In this document: positions 62,371 to 64,000 of the stretch, one piece after another
How the letters are laid out: the number at the start of each line of letters is the position of its first letter
Position numbering within the stretch: the stretch's first letter is position 1
Assembly (NCBI GenBank): GCA_937903605.1
Contig: CALCZC010000025.1
Location: 131,275-195,274 of the forward strand
Direction of reading: 5' to 3'
Length of the DNA stretch: 64,000 nucleotides
Source of the DNA: an uncultured bacterium
GTDB taxonomy: Bacteria > Patescibacteriota > Patescibacteriia > Magasanikbacterales > GWA2-37-8
The notes under the pieces: model-generated
What the model was told of the DNA's origin: nothing
The model's database searches: none
What the model saw: the letters and a program-made list of their open reading frames with translations, nothing else
Made by a program: the position numbers and the translations under genes

Positions 62371-64000
62371 TTAATTATAATTAAAATTTAATTGTTTTTT
62401 GTTTTTTATATATTTAAATATTTCAGAAAAAGCAATGACGGTAAAGCTCAATAGGAACAAAATAATCCAGTTTTTCAAAGTTATTGGAGAAACTCTGAGC
62501 AACTTTGACAAATATGGATTGTACATGGCAAAAATATGCAAGGCATGAGCGGCAATAATAGCAAAAACTAATAACCTATTTTTGTTTAACGAAATCTTGA
62601 ATATTGAACGTCGTTCGGAACGGCAATTCAAAGCATGAAGATTTTCAAACATTATCATAATCAAAAAAACAAAATTACGAGCAATGTTTTCTTCTAAATG
62701 TAAAAATCTCAAACCTACAAACCAAACAGAAAAAGCGACAAATCCGATAACTAAACCGGAAATCAAAGTTTGTTGAATCATCAGATGATCAAATACCCCC
62801 TCTTTGGGAGATCTGGGCGGACGAGACATGGCTCCCGGTTCTCCGGCTTCAAAAGCCAACGCCACATATTGAATGCCCTCGGTTACCAGATTTAACCATA
62901 ATAATTGTACGGCAAAAAGTGGCAGAGGTAAACCGGCAAAAATAGCAAAAAAGAAAAGCATGATTTCCGCACATCCGGTACTGATCAAAAGATAAATTAC
63001 TTTACGCACATTATCATAAGCAAATCTACCCTCTTCCACTCCGGCAACGATGGAAGAAAAATTATCATCCAAAACAATCATTGAGGAAGTTTCTTTGGCA
63101 ACATCGGTTCCGGAGCCCATTGCCACCCCTAGGTTGGCGCGTTTGAGAGCCGGCGCATCGTTGGCCCCATCTCCGGTTACTGCCACAAAATGTCCGGATT
63201 TTCTCAAAGATTCCACAATTTGATATTTTTGCATAGGAGAGACTTCGGCAAAAACCCGACAAGCGGATATTTTGTTATAAAACTCCGGCGTGTCTGACGG
63301 GCCTAATCTTTGAATTTGTTCTCCGGTGATGACTTGTGAACCTTCTTTGGCAATATTTAATTCTTTGGCTATCGCCATAGCGGTAAGCGGATGGTCCCCG
63401 GTAATCATCGCTACTTCTATACCGGCACCACGACATTTTTCTACCGCTTTTTTGGACTCGGCTCGCAACGGATCAATAAATCCAACCAAGCCCAAAAATA
63501 CCAATTTTTTCAAATCTTTTTTATTCAAATTATTTATTATAATTTTTTCGCCACATTCTTTTTTGGCTACCGCCAAAACCCGATAACCCTGCGAAGCCAT
63601 GTTTTTAACCTGTTTTAAAATTTCTTCTTTATCAATATCTTTATTTTTTCCTTTTACCAAAATATGAGAAGATAGTTGAACTATAACTTCAACCGCGCCT
63701 TTAACAAAAGCACAATGCTCTTTTTGGTTTTCAACCAAAATAGCGGAAAACCTGTTTTCCGATTCATAAGGAATAGACAAAATTTCTTTATATTGTTTTT
63801 TGCTTTTTTCCAAATCAATTCCTTTTTTAATGGCCAAAGCCAAAAAAGCCACGTCCATAGAATCGCCATGATAATGCCATTTGTTACCGGATTTTTTTAA
63901 TTCCGCTTCATTGTTGATGGCTCCGGAAAAACACAGTTCTTCCAAATCTTCTAAATAATTTTTTCCTTCATCCTTATCACCAATAAATTTTATTTTTCCT
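62371..64000 (-). CDS. P-type cation-transporting ATPase (P2-type, Ca2+/Mg2+-like), C-terminal portion. The 5' end lies beyond the window edge.
   Basis: VAVTGDGANDAPALKRANLGVAMG (hinge motif) and the C-terminal TM bundle. The reading frame stays open to position 64000. Confidence 0.85.
   Translation of the reverse strand, partial: GKIKFIGDKDEGKNYLEDLEELCFSGAINNEAELKKSGNKWHYHGDSMDVAFLALAIKKGIDLEKSKKQYKEILSIPYESENRFSAILVENQKEHCAFVKGAVEVIVQLSSHILVKGKNKDIDKEEILKQVKNMASQGYRVLAVAKKECGEKIIINNLNKKDLKKLVFLGLVGFIDPLRAESKKAVEKCRGAGIEVAMITGDHPLTAMAIAKELNIAKEGSQVITGEQIQRLGPSDTPEFYNKISACRVFAEVSPMQKYQIVESLRKSGHFVAVTGDGANDAPALKRANLGVAMGSGTDVAKETSSMIVLDDNFSSIVAGVEEGRFAYDNVRKVIYLLISTGCAEIMLFFFAIFAGLPLPLFAVQLLWLNLVTEGIQYVALAFEAGEPGAMSRPPRSPKEGVFDHLMIQQTLISGLVIGFVAFSVWFVGLRFLHLEENIARNFVFLIMIMFENLHALNCRSERRSIFKISLNKNRLLVFAIIAAHALHIFAMYNPYLSKLLRVSPITLKNWIILFLLSFTVIAFSEIFKYIKNKKQLNFNYN

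Noticed and set aside
1-64000. CRISPR arrays, tRNA/rRNA genes, transposases/integrases other than the xer recombinase, toxin-antitoxin pairs
   Set aside because: They were looked for by eye: regularly spaced direct repeats, cloverleaf-like GC islands, DDE or HTH transposase-like ORFs. None were found. The only recurrent repeats are the intergenic hairpin families reported above.

Overview
This is an AT-rich (about one-third GC) bacterial chromosomal segment with dense, mostly short genes. There are no rRNA or tRNA genes, no CRISPR array and no transposase.

Gene content is mostly housekeeping:
- Translation: def-fmt, and the aminoacyl-tRNA synthetases gltX, serS, lysS and asnS.
- Cell shape and wall: mreB-mreC-mreD-mrdA, an M23 peptidase and a PBP5-like DD-carboxypeptidase.
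- Stress: clpB with a CIRCE operator, rubrerythrin plus desulfoferrodoxin, and cold-shock protein.
- DNA metabolism: a PriA-like protein, a UvrD helicase fused to a nuclease followed by a DciA-like gene, a RecD/PIF1-like helicase, and a XerD-like recombinase.
- Transport and energy: ABC exporter, Kef, MgtE, CaCA, H+-pyrophosphatase, and a P-type ATPase truncated at the window edge.
- Two GreA paralogs.

The gene set (DUF721/DciA, a stand-alone four-helix-bundle IVS protein, degenerate PriA, Rbr/Dfx/flavodoxin, H+-PPase, no biosynthesis) fits an uncultivated anaerobic, reduced-genome bacterium of the Candidate Phyla Radiation / Patescibacteria type. That placement is an inference from the sequence alone.

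Features not explained by protein genes:
1. A ~1.2 kb GC-enriched non-coding island upstream of asnS holds two tandem, paralogous RNA-like units. Each runs from a consensus promoter to an intrinsic terminator, is closed by the same 9-bp terminal helix, and shares a ~50-nt conserved 3' domain.
2. Three families of short GC-rich intergenic repeats: modular hairpin cassettes; elements bounded by ACCCYGTGAAAT inverted repeats; and GTCATYC...GGATCC REP-like hairpins in inverted pairs, coupled to an AT-rich TTTAGATTTATGATTT motif upstream of several genes.
3. GC-rich, cysteine-rich small genes driven by near-identical consensus promoters, including a tandem pair of metallothionein-like paralogs.
4. 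A 465-aa ThyX homolog in which the catalytic RHR motif is replaced.
5. An RGG / double zinc-ribbon / lysine-tail protein.
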